From an uncultured virus (IMG/VR IMGVR_UViG_3300046678_000325) (lineage: Duplodnaviria; Heunggongvirae; Uroviricota; Caudoviricetes), in IMG/VR virus record IMGVR_UViG_3300046678_000325: DNA of 20,000 bases; one strand, given 5' to 3'. A program made the position numbers and the translations under genes. Under the pieces are notes generated by a model that did not search any database, had not been told where the DNA came from, and was given only the letters and a program-made list of their open reading frames with translations. How positions within the stretch are numbered: the stretch's first letter is position 1; every line of letters starts with the position of its first letter. Positions 1 through 8,859 of this stretch are shown here, one piece after another.

Positions 1-323
1 GTCGGCACCTGATTGTTGGAGATGCCGACCGTCGTTCCAATTCCAGCGTTTGAAATTGCCTGCATTTGTGCAAGCTGAACGTTGAGCTGCGAGACCTTGC
101 TGACCATGCTGGTCAACCCGTATAGCGCCGTGCCCGCAACCGCGTAGCGAATTGTCGTTCCAAGTGCCCGCCACTGATTATTCAGCCGCGTACTCATGTT
201 CGACGTTTGGTTGATCTGCTGACCGATCGTGCCAAAGCCAGCCGCGTAGCTACGCAGTTGCGAGACAACATTTCCACCGACTGCGCGGAATGACGTTACG
301 ACGGTATTAGTTATCTGGCTCAT
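1..323 (-). CDS. Tail tape measure protein, N-terminal part (runs off the window)
   Basis: Not in the ORF track. ATG at 323 with GAGG SD at 327-330; frame open to the window edge: MSQITNTVVTSFRAVGGNVVSQLRSYAAGFGTIGQQINQTSNMSTRLNNQWRALGTTIRYAVAGTALYGLTSMVSK... Ala/Gly/Gln-rich and helical-looking, directly after the tail chaperone pair. Confidence 0.75.
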   Translation of the reverse strand, partial: MSQITNTVVTSFRAVGGNVVSQLRSYAAGFGTIGQQINQTSNMSTRLNNQWRALGTTIRYAVAGTALYGLTSMVSKVSQLNVQLAQMQAISNAGIGTTVGISNNQVP

Positions 324-684
324 TTTCCTCCGAGCGAACTAGCTCCCAGCCTCCGTCACTGTAGGACTCAGCACGTTCCTGCTCAATTTCAACATCTGGA
401 ATGATGCCATCAACCCCCGGACGGTATATCTTGTCTTGTAATTCTTCCGGGACTCCGTAATTGATTGGCTCATAGCAGACCTCACAAACCTCTTGATCGA
501 ATTTCGGTAAGCAGTGGAGATGAACACGCCTTCGCTTCTCCCCGTAGTCAACTAGCTGATTGAGGAAGACCCAGGTGACTTGTCCAGGAGTGGCGAGGGC
601 ATAATCTTGGAAAGGAAGCGTTTGGCTGCGTACCATGCACTGCCAGAGAGATCGTTCCAGTCCATCTCCTGCAAGGCTTTTTTT
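307..684 (-). CDS. Tail assembly chaperone, frameshifted C-terminal extension (gpT-like)
   Basis: ORF 307..636 is in the -1 frame relative to 552..1109. That frame is open back to the A-AAA-AAA heptamer at 678-684 (KKSLAGDGLERSLWQCMVRSQTLP...). Canonical position before the tape measure gene. Confidence 0.7.
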   Translation of the reverse strand, partial: KKSLAGDGLERSLWQCMVRSQTLPFQDYALATPGQVTWVFLNQLVDYGEKRRRVHLHCLPKFDQEVCEVCYEPINYGVPEELQDKIYRPGVDGIIPDVEIEQERAESYSDGGWELVRSEENEPDN

Positions 685-1103
685 AGGTTCTCTAGCTCCT
701 CTTTCGGAATTCCATCGAGCGACGGGCTGGACTGAAATACCATCTCGTTGTAGCAGTCGATGGCATGATCTATGTCATGAATTTCAAAATCCACCGTCAA
801 CTCTTCCACATCGTCGTAAATGAGCTGCGTCAGGTCGTGCTCCTCACGGATGGCTCTTACGAGAATTTCCTCAGCCTGCACACGATCCTTGATCTGCACA
901 CCGGCCAGATCGTCGCCAGAGGGAACGGCTGCAACCTTCTCCAACACATTCCTGTAATCCGCTTCGGTGAGCGGAACGATTGCGAGTCTTATTTCAGGAT
1001 CAGACGGCATCGTGACGAAATCACACGTTGCCTGTCCCGAGCGCATCCGGGCCAGCTTCCGTTCTTTGATCTTGTCCTTAGTGCTCATCGTTGTTGCGTT
1101 CAT
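552..1103 (-). CDS. Tail assembly chaperone (gpG-like)
   Basis: Acidic helical protein of about 183 aa between tail tube and tape measure, containing the slippery CTA AAA AAA GCC. Start is ATG 1103 or GTG 1109. Confidence 0.7.
   Translation of the reverse strand: MNATTMSTKDKIKERKLARMRSGQATCDFVTMPSDPEIRLAIVPLTEADYRNVLEKVAAVPSGDDLAGVQIKDRVQAEEILVRAIREEHDLTQLIYDDVEELTVDFEIHDIDHAIDCYNEMVFQSSPSLDGIPKEELENLKKALQEMDWNDLSGSAWYAAKRFLSKIMPSPLLDKSPGSSSIS
678..701 (-). other. Programmed -1 ribosomal frameshift signal (A AAA AAA with upstream internal SD GAGGAG)
   Basis: Minus strand reads GAGGAG-ctagagaacct-AAAAAAA-G. The heptamer is in X XXY YYZ phase in the chaperone ORF, and the -1 frame is open to 307. 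Confidence 0.7.
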
Positions 1104-1407
1104 AACCACCCATCTCCCTTCGGGCCTCGATCATTTGTGGTAGTTCGGTAATTCGTGTAGTTGTCTGATACTGAAGTGCTAGTGCGTAGAACGGGTTTCC
1201 GCACGACGTACACCGAGCCTTAATTACAAACTCGGCCATTGGGCCTGACCCGCCTGATTCCGCCACATGAATTACAGGGTTCATCACCCCACAGGACGGA
1301 CATGCAGGCGGGCCAGTCTCCATCTGAATTACCGGGTCTTCTGCCATACGCTCACAAGCGACGGCAATTCGTTCCAGTAGTTCATTTGCTTCTGCCACTT
1401 CACTCAC
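1078..1407 (-). CDS. Hypothetical zinc-ribbon protein
   Basis: 109 aa with CPSC and CTSC pairs; GTG start preceded by GGGA; lies inside the tail operon. Confidence 0.6.
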   Translation of the reverse strand: MSEVAEANELLERIAVACERMAEDPVIQMETGPPACPSCGVMNPVIHVAESGGSGPMAEFVIKARCTSCGNPFYALALQYQTTTRITELPQMIEARREMGGYERNNDEH

Positions 1408-1410
1408 TCC

Positions 1411-1809
1411 CTACTGAGGCGATGCGTAGCCGGGAACTGAAATGTCTGCATCGAGCGTCACCTGATCGAGAGTTGACCGAACTGTAATTCTCGTCCAGTT
1501 ACAGCCCTGATAGGTATGAACACTTGATCCCCGCACGGTCTGAATGTCGAAATCTCGCATCGTCCTCAGCAAGTCTTCGTCATTCATCTTGTTGGCAACA
1601 CCGTCCTTCAGAAGCACGCAGGTAAAGGACACGGTTCCCTCGTCTGCGGCCCGAACACGACGGAGCACAGGGCCATCCGTACCAAACGCGCCCATGTACG
1701 TGACTTCCTGGCGAGTCTCCTCTGACATATCCTGCACGGCTGCGAAATCTTTTCCAGCCTCAAAGGAAATTCCCAGATCAACCGCAGTGAGTCCTTGGAG
1801 CCATGACAT
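1411..1809 (-). CDS. Tail tube protein
   Basis: 132-aa beta-rich protein directly after the sheath gene; GGAGG SD at 1819-1823. Confidence 0.7.
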   Translation of the reverse strand: MSWLQGLTAVDLGISFEAGKDFAAVQDMSEETRQEVTYMGAFGTDGPVLRRVRAADEGTVSFTCVLLKDGVANKMNDEDLLRTMRDFDIQTVRGSSVHTYQGCNWTRITVRSTLDQVTLDADISVPGYASPQ

Positions 1810-1823
1810 ATTCTCTACCCTCC

Positions 1824-2966
1824 TTAAACGGTAATGGTGAGGTTGGCACTGACCTGCACCGTGTTAATTCCACGGACAACTGTGCCCTGATAACCGACCG
1901 TCACCTGACGCTGATCGGGAGACGCCGTAACCGACACGCCGTAACCCGTGGTGCCATCGCCCTGTGTAACCGGATTGATCCATGCAGCGCGAGCGGTGAG
2001 AAGAGCCTTCACGCCTGATGCAATTCTGTTCCTCGTTGCGTCCGTGTTGCCCGCGCGAAGGAAATTGTTGTCCAAGATGTAGCTTTTCACGTCAAGGAAA
2101 ATCTGATCCACGATGATGCGCGTGTAGAGATTATCCCACTGCGTGTTGACGATGTACGCCGTGCGAAGGTGCGTAGTGCTGACACCACCTGCAACGCGCG
2201 ACGGCTGAAGCGGAGACACACCGCCATCCAACAGGTCTTCGTAGTCATTGACCGCAGCACCGCCGACGATCTTGCGACGAAATACCGGAAGCCCAGCGGT
2301 ATCAAGCTCAATTCCAGTCAGGTTCGGAATCGGCCACAAGTCCAAGTCCTGCGAAGGATCGGCATTCTTCGCAACCTCTGCCGCGACAAGTGCAGCTCCG
2401 TAATTTCCGCTGCGAAGCACACCCGCTGCGTCGTAGACACCCGGAGCCACGAGAACTGCACGAGGGGCATCTCCAACCGCGATTGCTCCCGCTGCTGAAA
2501 TTAGTGCTGCCTTCGCCGTGCCCGAAGGCATTCCGACAATGGCTACCTGCTTGTTGTAAACGAGGTTCGCAAGGTTCGCGGAAGCCGCCAGCGCCACGAG
2601 GTCTGACTGGACTGCGGAATCCGTGAGCCGAAGGCGAACGTCAACATCGCTTTCCAGCGTTGCCCATGCTGCCTGCCGCTGAAGCAGCGTAGGAGTAGAA
2701 CCCTTCGCTGAAATTACAACCTTCACCGGGCCAGCACCCGCCGTAAGGATCGCCTGTACGTGCCGAGACAACGAATTTACAGCCTGCGGGCCGATGATCG
2801 TTTCAGCCTGATCACCGCGTGAAATTACAACCGGAGTTGCAATCGCACCCGTTCCTGCGCTTTCTCCCTGTCCCTCGATGCCGATGGGCAGAAAGATGGC
2901 CGATGTTTGACGCGGGGTGAGACTACTCGCATCAATTACACCGGGATCCATTTGAGTGCTAGACAC
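1824..2966 (-). CDS. Tail sheath protein (contractile tail, short form)
   Basis: C-terminal sheath-like pattern LLDGGVSPL...LYTRIIVDQIFLDVK...NTDATRNRIASGVKALL...VTVGYQGTVVRGINTVQV; followed by a tube-sized gene; AAGGAGG SD. Confidence 0.85.
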   Translation of the reverse strand: MSSTQMDPGVIDASSLTPRQTSAIFLPIGIEGQGESAGTGAIATPVVISRGDQAETIIGPQAVNSLSRHVQAILTAGAGPVKVVISAKGSTPTLLQRQAAWATLESDVDVRLRLTDSAVQSDLVALAASANLANLVYNKQVAIVGMPSGTAKAALISAAGAIAVGDAPRAVLVAPGVYDAAGVLRSGNYGAALVAAEVAKNADPSQDLDLWPIPNLTGIELDTAGLPVFRRKIVGGAAVNDYEDLLDGGVSPLQPSRVAGGVSTTHLRTAYIVNTQWDNLYTRIIVDQIFLDVKSYILDNNFLRAGNTDATRNRIASGVKALLTARAAWINPVTQGDGTTGYGVSVTASPDQRQVTVGYQGTVVRGINTVQVSANLTITV

Positions 2967-2975
2967 TGTTCCTCC

Positions 2976-3587
2976 TTATCCGATAATCGTAAGGTTCGGG
3001 GATTGGTCAATTTCCTCGATGGCCGGAGCGCTCTCAGTTGGAATTGGAGTGCGACTGTAAACCCTGACCGTTAGCTGACAGTCCACCATCCTGTAGAGTC
3101 TTACATTGTTAGACGAGTCGAGCACGAACCTCCCTCCTGAAAATGACAACACTTCGATCCGCCCATCCCCGTTGTCGCTGAAATCACCGAATCTCTTCGA
3201 TCCGCCGTTGTTCATGTCGAAAAGGTAATTGAGAGCCTGCTTAACTCTCATTCTCGACGTTGTTCCACCCGAGCTATCGCTAGCCCAAATTCCAACATCG
3301 AACGTGAACGTCTGTACGGCCGCATACTGCGGGAAGAGACCGACGCCGGGTTGGTAATTATCAGCGAACATTCCATCGCCGAACCCAACAGGCTTGCTTT
3401 CCTGATCGTCCATCTCAAAGTGAATGAGTGTCTTCTTCATCGGTAATTCACCAGCATCAAGCTGCGCACCAGGAAATTCCATCACGACTTCATAGATGCG
3501 AGTGTTGATGTTGGTCTCCACGTACTCCTTGATCGTCCTGAACGTGGACTCCATGAATTTTTCAGGGTCGTAGAAATTCTCTTGCAT
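2976..3587 (-). CDS. Putative tail terminator/completion protein
   Basis: 203 aa, alpha/beta pattern (TFTFDVGIWAS...LYRMVDCQLTVRV), immediately before the sheath; TAATG coupling. Confidence 0.6.
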   Translation of the reverse strand: MQENFYDPEKFMESTFRTIKEYVETNINTRIYEVVMEFPGAQLDAGELPMKKTLIHFEMDDQESKPVGFGDGMFADNYQPGVGLFPQYAAVQTFTFDVGIWASDSSGGTTSRMRVKQALNYLFDMNNGGSKRFGDFSDNGDGRIEVLSFSGGRFVLDSSNNVRLYRMVDCQLTVRVYSRTPIPTESAPAIEEIDQSPNLTIIG

Positions 3588-4156
3588 TACGGCAGGAACC
3601 TCCCGAGCATCGGCCCTGTGAACGAACCCATCGCAGGCGACTGCACCTGCTGCTCAAAGCCGAGCGTCTTGTGACGAGTACGATAAATTTCACCCCAGAT
3701 GCGGTGATAGGCCATTGTGCTTGCCATGTAATCCATCGTCTGTTTCAGGGACAACCTCTGCACTGGACGCCTGACTCTTCTACCTCCGCCGAGCCAGTTG
3801 ATTCCGTACTCGATGAAATACGCCTCTCGTGAGTCGTTGTAAAGCTCCCAACCGCCACGTACAGGGCGAACTTTCCATCCGAGGTAGTACCTTCCTGAAA
3901 TTCTACGGACAGGAAGCCTCCAAGCCAGTTCGTTGTTCGCTCCCGTCGGGTCTTCAGGGCCAAACGACATTTTCCTCGCAAAGCCCTGATTGACAAGCGC
4001 CATCAACTGAGTCAATTTCAACATCTGTTCCGCAAGGTGCATCGGAACCTCGTACTCAGCCCATCGAATTGCAGCTTCGATCCCGTTGATCGTCTCTTTG
4101 GTCGGCTCTAGGATGCCGCCCTTGCCCTGATACGAGAATGGAGTGAATCTTGCCAT
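3587..4156 (-). CDS. Putative neck/tail-completion protein (HK97 gp10-like)
   Basis: PVRRISGRYYLGW...LYNDSREAYFIEYG resembles the PV.TG.L..S...N...YA..VEYG pattern of the HK97 gp10 family. ATG 4156 preferred over TTG 4171. Confidence 0.6.
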   Translation of the reverse strand: MARFTPFSYQGKGGILEPTKETINGIEAAIRWAEYEVPMHLAEQMLKLTQLMALVNQGFARKMSFGPEDPTGANNELAWRLPVRRISGRYYLGWKVRPVRGGWELYNDSREAYFIEYGINWLGGGRRVRRPVQRLSLKQTMDYMASTMAYHRIWGEIYRTRHKTLGFEQQVQSPAMGSFTGPMLGRFLP

Positions 4157-4160
4157 GAAA

Positions 4161-4664
4161 TTACTGACCAAGCGGCATGTCGATCAACCGCAAGCCAACC
4201 TCCCAATGATGCCTCGGGTCGCCAGTGTCCGGTGCAGCAAGGAGATGCGCTGCAACTGCAAAGTAGAAGCGTCCGTTGTATTCGATCCAGTCCTCGCCGC
4301 TCTGAGACCAATCGTAAAAGCTCAGAACCGTTCCCTCCCATGACTCCGGGAACAATCCGATGTGGTCGCCTACTTGAATTTCACCGAACATGTCCTGAAG
4401 GTATTCAGGCGACATGCGCGTAGCCCTTGTGGACTGCGACGGCTGGACGAAACCTTTGATCAGAATTTCAGTCGTCTCAGCGTCATCATGCAAGTAACCG
4501 CGCTCATCGCACACCGGAGCTGCCGGGTTAGCATCGTGCCACTCGGGATCGCGGAATCCTTCAGGCGTCACACAGGGGCAGATAACGAGGGAATCGTCGC
4601 GGTGGTATTTCACCGTCGATCCATGCAGATTGAGCAGCCCTATGAAATCTTCTTTAGCGCCCAC
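4161..4664 (-). CDS. Putative head-closure (stopper) protein
   Basis: 167 aa with a CPC...C..RGY insertion typical of some myovirus neck proteins, plus a beta-rich C-terminus; position after the adaptor; GTG start with GAGGAAGG SD. Confidence 0.55.
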   Translation of the reverse strand: MGAKEDFIGLLNLHGSTVKYHRDDSLVICPCVTPEGFRDPEWHDANPAAPVCDERGYLHDDAETTEILIKGFVQPSQSTRATRMSPEYLQDMFGEIQVGDHIGLFPESWEGTVLSFYDWSQSGEDWIEYNGRFYFAVAAHLLAAPDTGDPRHHWEVGLRLIDMPLGQ

Positions 4665-4692
4665 GGTTCCTTCCTCGGTTGTAGTTCTTGGT

Positions 4693-4717
4693 GGTCGTAC
4701 TAGGGGGTCGTACTAGG
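4693..4717. repeat. 12-bp direct repeat GGTCGTACTAGG x2
   Basis: Copies at 4693-4704 and 4706-4717; the second overlaps the stop codon of 4713..5396. Confidence 0.8.
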
Positions 4718-5396
4718 CAAGCTCGATCAACGCGCGTGAAACGTCAAAGCTCTTCAACTGCTTGAAGCCACCTGCGACTGAAATTTCTTCCAGAACCATG
4801 ATCGTACTGACATTGCGACCCAGCTCCCGGTTCGCCATGTCGATCATGTTGTCGATGTTCTTCCATGCAGCACTGGACGCAGAGGATGCGTCCATTGAAA
4901 TCAGTCCCGCCTGCCACTTGGGAGTAAGCGACTGTGTAATTAGACGGCTGATGTAGACACGAGCAAGCGTCAGTGTCGTAAGGCCGGAAAGGATGATCGG
5001 TGATGCCTGCGACGGATCAACGCTGTAGGGATCGGTCACGCCGTAGTACCACGCGATGACTGCCTCTGCTTCCTGTCCGGCGATGATCGGGTTGACACCA
5101 GGATCACGAAGAATTACACGATCCATCACCTGAGCGACGATCGTAGTCGTCCCACCCTGAATCGGAGACGAGTATGGAGTGAAATTGCCTGAGCCATTCT
5201 GCCAGCGGATGCGGAACCAATCCGTCGGTGTTACGGCATCAGTAACTTCAGCGCTAGTGATGTAATTCGGCTCAGTCCCGGCTGGGAACTGCTGAATTTC
5301 CGCGTAGACGCCTCCCTGAGTCGGAGCCTCTTCGACATGCAGGGTCACAATGTCTTCTTCAAGCGGCGGAAGAAACTGAAGTTCGACTCCTGCCAT
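4713..5396 (-). CDS. Putative head-tail adaptor with N-terminal beta-sandwich (FN3-like) domain
   Basis: N-terminal ~80 aa has an FN3-like ending (WFRIRWQNGSGNFTPYSSPI); the C-terminal part is helical like gp6/gp15 adaptors; it precedes the stopper gene. Confidence 0.5.
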   Translation of the reverse strand: MAGVELQFLPPLEEDIVTLHVEEAPTQGGVYAEIQQFPAGTEPNYITSAEVTDAVTPTDWFRIRWQNGSGNFTPYSSPIQGGTTTIVAQVMDRVILRDPGVNPIIAGQEAEAVIAWYYGVTDPYSVDPSQASPIILSGLTTLTLARVYISRLITQSLTPKWQAGLISMDASSASSAAWKNIDNMIDMANRELGRNVSTIMVLEEISVAGGFKQLKSFDVSRALIELA

Positions 5397-8300
5397 TATC
5401 TCGCCCTTTCGATGATTGGAATTTCATCGTCACCAGCCGAAGTAAGCTGAGCAGCCTCCATCGTACCCGAAACCAGCTCTGCCTGCGTGGAGGTTCCCGA
5501 GACCAGCTCTGGAATGTCATACCGTGCCGATGTAATTCTCGGCGTAGTCTTTCCGTATATAACAATTCCGGGCTGAATCGTCCCTGTGACTGTCGAGAAG
5601 GCATGCACAGCCCCGCCGAATGTCGAGTGCGGCCGAGAGACGACTGCCCCGCTGACAACCGAGATGGCCTGTACCGCTCCGGGACTGACCACACGGAGGA
5701 CAACGATCGCCCCAGCGACGGTAGACGTGGCTGAAATTGCTCCACTTACCGGCCTCTTGCGACCGATCTTGCCCGTAACGGTCGAGGTAGCAAGGACTGC
5801 TCCACTGATCGCTCGCCTTGCCACGATCTTTCCGGTGACGGTTGACGTTGCAGCGATAGCTCCTGAAATTTTCCTCAGCGCACGGAGTGATCCAGCGACG
5901 ATTGATGTTGCGGCTATTGCGCCTGCGACCTTCCTCCGAGCAACCACTGTGCCAGCAACAGTAGAGGTTGCTGAAATTAGACCACTGATCTTGCCAGCGA
6001 GCTTGATCGCTCCTGAGACGATGGACGTAGCTGCAACAGCCGCAACTGGAATCCGCCGCTTGACAACAATGCCACCCGAAACTGTAGATGTTGCTGAAAT
6101 TGCTCCCGGCAGAATCCGTCTTGCTGCACGGATCGCGCCGGAGACAATCGAGGTAGCTGCGACGTTGCCAGCGATCTTTCGTGCCGCCCTGACCGATCCT
6201 GCGACTGTGGACGTAGCTGAGACTGCCCCTGTGAGCGCGCGTAAGGCCCGTAGAGCGCCCGAAACGGTTGATACGGCCGAAACTGCGCCCCCGATCCGAG
6301 CAAGCTTTCTGACGCCTCCTGTAACCGCGCTCGTAGCAGCGATTGCACCGGAGATAAATTTCCCTGCCGCGACCTTTGAAACTGTACCGCTGACGGTACT
6401 CGTAGCATTGACTGCGGCTGCCGGAACCTGAATTCCAAACCACTTAGCGCGCAAGTAATTCTCGACAGTCTGACGCTCGCTGGCAGTCAGTACCCGGTTG
6501 TAGACAATTACCTCGGCAATGTCTACGTTACCGAACTGCGAAGTAGGCTTTGCTGATCCAAGCTGGAAACTGACAGTAGGCGTCGGAGGAGAACCTGTAA
6601 TTGCTGTCGAACCATCGCTTGCGCCTTCGACAAACGTTTCAATCACCGCTGCGGCATGAAGGATTGAATTACGTTGCCACGTTTGCGTCAATGCAGCGGT
6701 ATCGTCAAGATACGCTACCCCGACCGAATCAAAAGCTGCCGCCTGCACCGAAGACGCATCCTCCTGACGGAATTGCAGAACCCTGGTTGCGCCAGTAGCG
6801 ATGTTGAAATAACCATCCAGCGAAGGCGCAGCATCATTTGCCTTAGCAAGAATGCAAACAGTCCGCTCTGCTGACTGCACAAACGCGGCAGTAAGAATGT
6901 TGTCATCAATTCCATCAAAGCTCACAATCGGCAGACCATCAAGCCGATTAGTGTGAAATATCGGTTGTGTCGTTCCCGTTGCTTGTGTGGCATCATTTCC
7001 ATTACCGGACAAATCAGGCCACGTCGCTACAGACGCGCCATCGGAAAGAGCCAACTGCGAAGCATCAAACCAAACCGTCAGACCTGCAAGCTTAGCCGGG
7101 TTGAAAATTCCCGTGTAACCGCTAATCGCTGAAATTGCACTGATAGCGCCAGCAATCGGCTTTGGCACCCCGCCGATCTTCGTGACTGTACCACTGACCG
7201 TTGAAGTAGCTGAAATTGCTCCCGGAAGAATTCTACGTAGAGCAACAATTCCGCCCGAGACAATGCTCGTTGCACTGATTGCGGCCGAAACAATCGGTCG
7301 CCTTCTACCGATAGCGCCAGAAACAGTAGAAGTTGCTGAAATTTGTCCCGGTGTGATCGGTTTCAGCCTCAGCACAGCACCCGACACTGTGCTCGTGGCA
7401 TTGATCAGCCCTGAAATCTTCCGCAGCGCACGTACAGCTCCCGAAACGACAGATGTAGCTGAAATTTGTCCCGGTATGACCTTGCGCAGCGAGCGAACCG
7501 CACCACTGACGACTGAAGTAGCTGCAACCGCCCCTGCGATCGCCCTCAGCGCACGAATTCCACCGCTTACGACACTCGTAGCTGAAACTGCGCCGGGTTT
7601 GATGGCTCGTGCTGCATGAATTGAGCCGGAGAGTGTGCTTGTAGCTGAAATTGCTCCCGGAACGATCTGCTTCAGTCGAGTAATGCCACCTGAAACTGTG
7701 CTGGTAGCGCTGATTGCTCCGGGTGAAATCTTTCTACGCGCGCCAACCGTTCCGCTGAACACTGAAGTCGCGCTAACTGCTGCTGGTGTAATTGGTCTCT
7801 TGGCAGTAACAGCACCGCCCATCGTGCTCGTAGCGCTAATCGCCGCTGGTGTAATAGCAGCCGATGATGGTGCCCACGCGATTGCAATTGGCACTTGCAG
7901 TAGCGAATCTGGCGAAGATTCGGCACTACCAAAAGATACAAAGGTATTCGTACCGTTCAAAAAGGCCGTGAGCGTTATGCCCGTCGTTGCCATGCTCTCG
8001 GTTGAGTCAGCAAACACTTCAAGTACCAAAATGTCATCGGCTTGCGTCGTTACGCCTGCCGTATGCGTAGTGTCCTTCTGAGCAACATTCGACTGCCAAG
8101 TTTCTGAGGTCGTTACAGTGCCGCTTGAAACAGCAACGTCAAAGATCGTGCCGACGATTGCACCTGTAGAGGGACGCCACACATACAAAGTCCCCCACCA
8201 AGTTGCCGTTCCGGTCGTGTTAGAAATTGTAGCCGCAAGCCTGACAAGATACGAATTTGCGGTGAAGGTCGGATCACACGCCGGAAATACATTGACACCA

Positions 8301-8536
8301 AGAGGGTTAGAACACCAACGACCCATCCATGAAGTTTGAGAAGCCGTTTGTCTTGTCAGGGTTGCAGCAAGTGAAAACACCGAGCCGCCGTTCACAGTCA
8401 AATCCATGCTGCGATTTGTTTCAGCACCCGTCGCGCTTTGAAGCGGCGTCTTAGCGCTGCTGTTATCAGTAGACCCCGGCAACGTGCCGGTATCTGTCGT
8501 TGTTGCCGAGTGAAGATGGAGGTTGGTAACAGCCAT
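5396..8536 (-). CDS. Large virion fibre-like protein with ~26 repeats of 20-21 aa and an inserted LamG/ConA-like domain
   Basis: Repeat consensus PGAISATSTVSGxIxxxRxI in two blocks. The central domain LTVWFDAS...WPDLSGNGNDATQ...SFDGIDD...IAEVIVYNRVLT.SER..VENYL is LamG-like. Confidence 0.75.
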   Translation of the reverse strand: MAVTNLHLHSATTTDTGTLPGSTDNSSAKTPLQSATGAETNRSMDLTVNGGSVFSLAATLTRQTASQTSWMGRWCSNPLGVNVFPACDPTFTANSYLVRLAATISNTTGTATWWGTLYVWRPSTGAIVGTIFDVAVSSGTVTTSETWQSNVAQKDTTHTAGVTTQADDILVLEVFADSTESMATTGITLTAFLNGTNTFVSFGSAESSPDSLLQVPIAIAWAPSSAAITPAAISATSTMGGAVTAKRPITPAAVSATSVFSGTVGARRKISPGAISATSTVSGGITRLKQIVPGAISATSTLSGSIHAARAIKPGAVSATSVVSGGIRALRAIAGAVAATSVVSGAVRSLRKVIPGQISATSVVSGAVRALRKISGLINATSTVSGAVLRLKPITPGQISATSTVSGAIGRRRPIVSAAISATSIVSGGIVALRRILPGAISATSTVSGTVTKIGGVPKPIAGAISAISAISGYTGIFNPAKLAGLTVWFDASQLALSDGASVATWPDLSGNGNDATQATGTTQPIFHTNRLDGLPIVSFDGIDDNILTAAFVQSAERTVCILAKANDAAPSLDGYFNIATGATRVLQFRQEDASSVQAAAFDSVGVAYLDDTAALTQTWQRNSILHAAAVIETFVEGASDGSTAITGSPPTPTVSFQLGSAKPTSQFGNVDIAEVIVYNRVLTASERQTVENYLRAKWFGIQVPAAAVNATSTVSGTVSKVAAGKFISGAIAATSAVTGGVRKLARIGGAVSAVSTVSGALRALRALTGAVSATSTVAGSVRAARKIAGNVAATSIVSGAIRAARRILPGAISATSTVSGGIVVKRRIPVAAVAATSIVSGAIKLAGKISGLISATSTVAGTVVARRKVAGAIAATSIVAGSLRALRKISGAIAATSTVTGKIVARRAISGAVLATSTVTGKIGRKRPVSGAISATSTVAGAIVVLRVVSPGAVQAISVVSGAVVSRPHSTFGGAVHAFSTVTGTIQPGIVIYGKTTPRITSARYDIPELVSGTSTQAELVSGTMEAAQLTSAGDDEIPIIERAR
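5580..6420 (-). repeat. Degenerate 60-63-bp coding tandem repeat, block 2 (~14 units)
   Basis: Protein units such as SGAIAATSTVTGKIVARRAI; boundaries approximate. Confidence 0.8.
7120..7850 (-). repeat. Degenerate 60-63-bp coding tandem repeat, block 1 (~12 units)
   Basis: Protein units such as PGAISATSTVSGGITRLKQIV; boundaries approximate. Confidence 0.8.
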
Positions 8537-8857
8537 TTAGAACGCTTCCACCGGCTCTAGCTCTTCATACTGAAAAATGTCAGCGCCACAGCAAGTTTGA
8601 AATTCGGGAGTGACTGGAACGTCCATCTCCGAGTCGATGCGATCCCTGCCGAGGCGTTCACATATTTCAGCCAAATCCTCGTGACTCTCAATTCTAACTT
8701 GTCCATCGGGCATATCAATTGCAGAACCGATAAGACAGTCGCCCCGATGATCGCACTGCCCACGAACGATCCAACGTCGGCCGTCTGTACGCCTATAGCG
8801 CACGTACCCTGGCCTTTGCTCTTCAATGAAAACCGTTGGGTCACTCGTGGGCCGCAC
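8537..8857 (-). CDS. Hypothetical Cys-containing protein
   Basis: 106 aa with CDHRGDC...C...CC; fills the gap between neighbours exactly. Confidence 0.6.
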   Translation of the reverse strand: MRPTSDPTVFIEEQRPGYVRYRRTDGRRWIVRGQCDHRGDCLIGSAIDMPDGQVRIESHEDLAEICERLGRDRIDSEMDVPVTPEFQTCCGADIFQYEELEPVEAF

Positions 8858-8859
8858 GA

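Noticed and set aside
1411..2966. Tailocin, eCIS or T6SS interpretation of the sheath and tube
   Set aside because: Terminase, portal, protease and capsid genes are in the same operon, so this is a phage virion module.
5517..6443. 308-aa alternative-frame minus-strand ORF inside the fibre gene
   Set aside because: It arises from stop-poor repeat codons and has implausible Arg/Cys/Ser composition; no frameshift signal seen.
5580..7850. Recurring GTAGCTGAAATTGCTCC-like units resembling a CRISPR array or DGR repeats
   Set aside because: They are degenerate in-frame coding repeats (GAISAT); no identical repeats with unique spacers, no cas or reverse transcriptase gene, and no adenine-specific TR/VR pair was seen.
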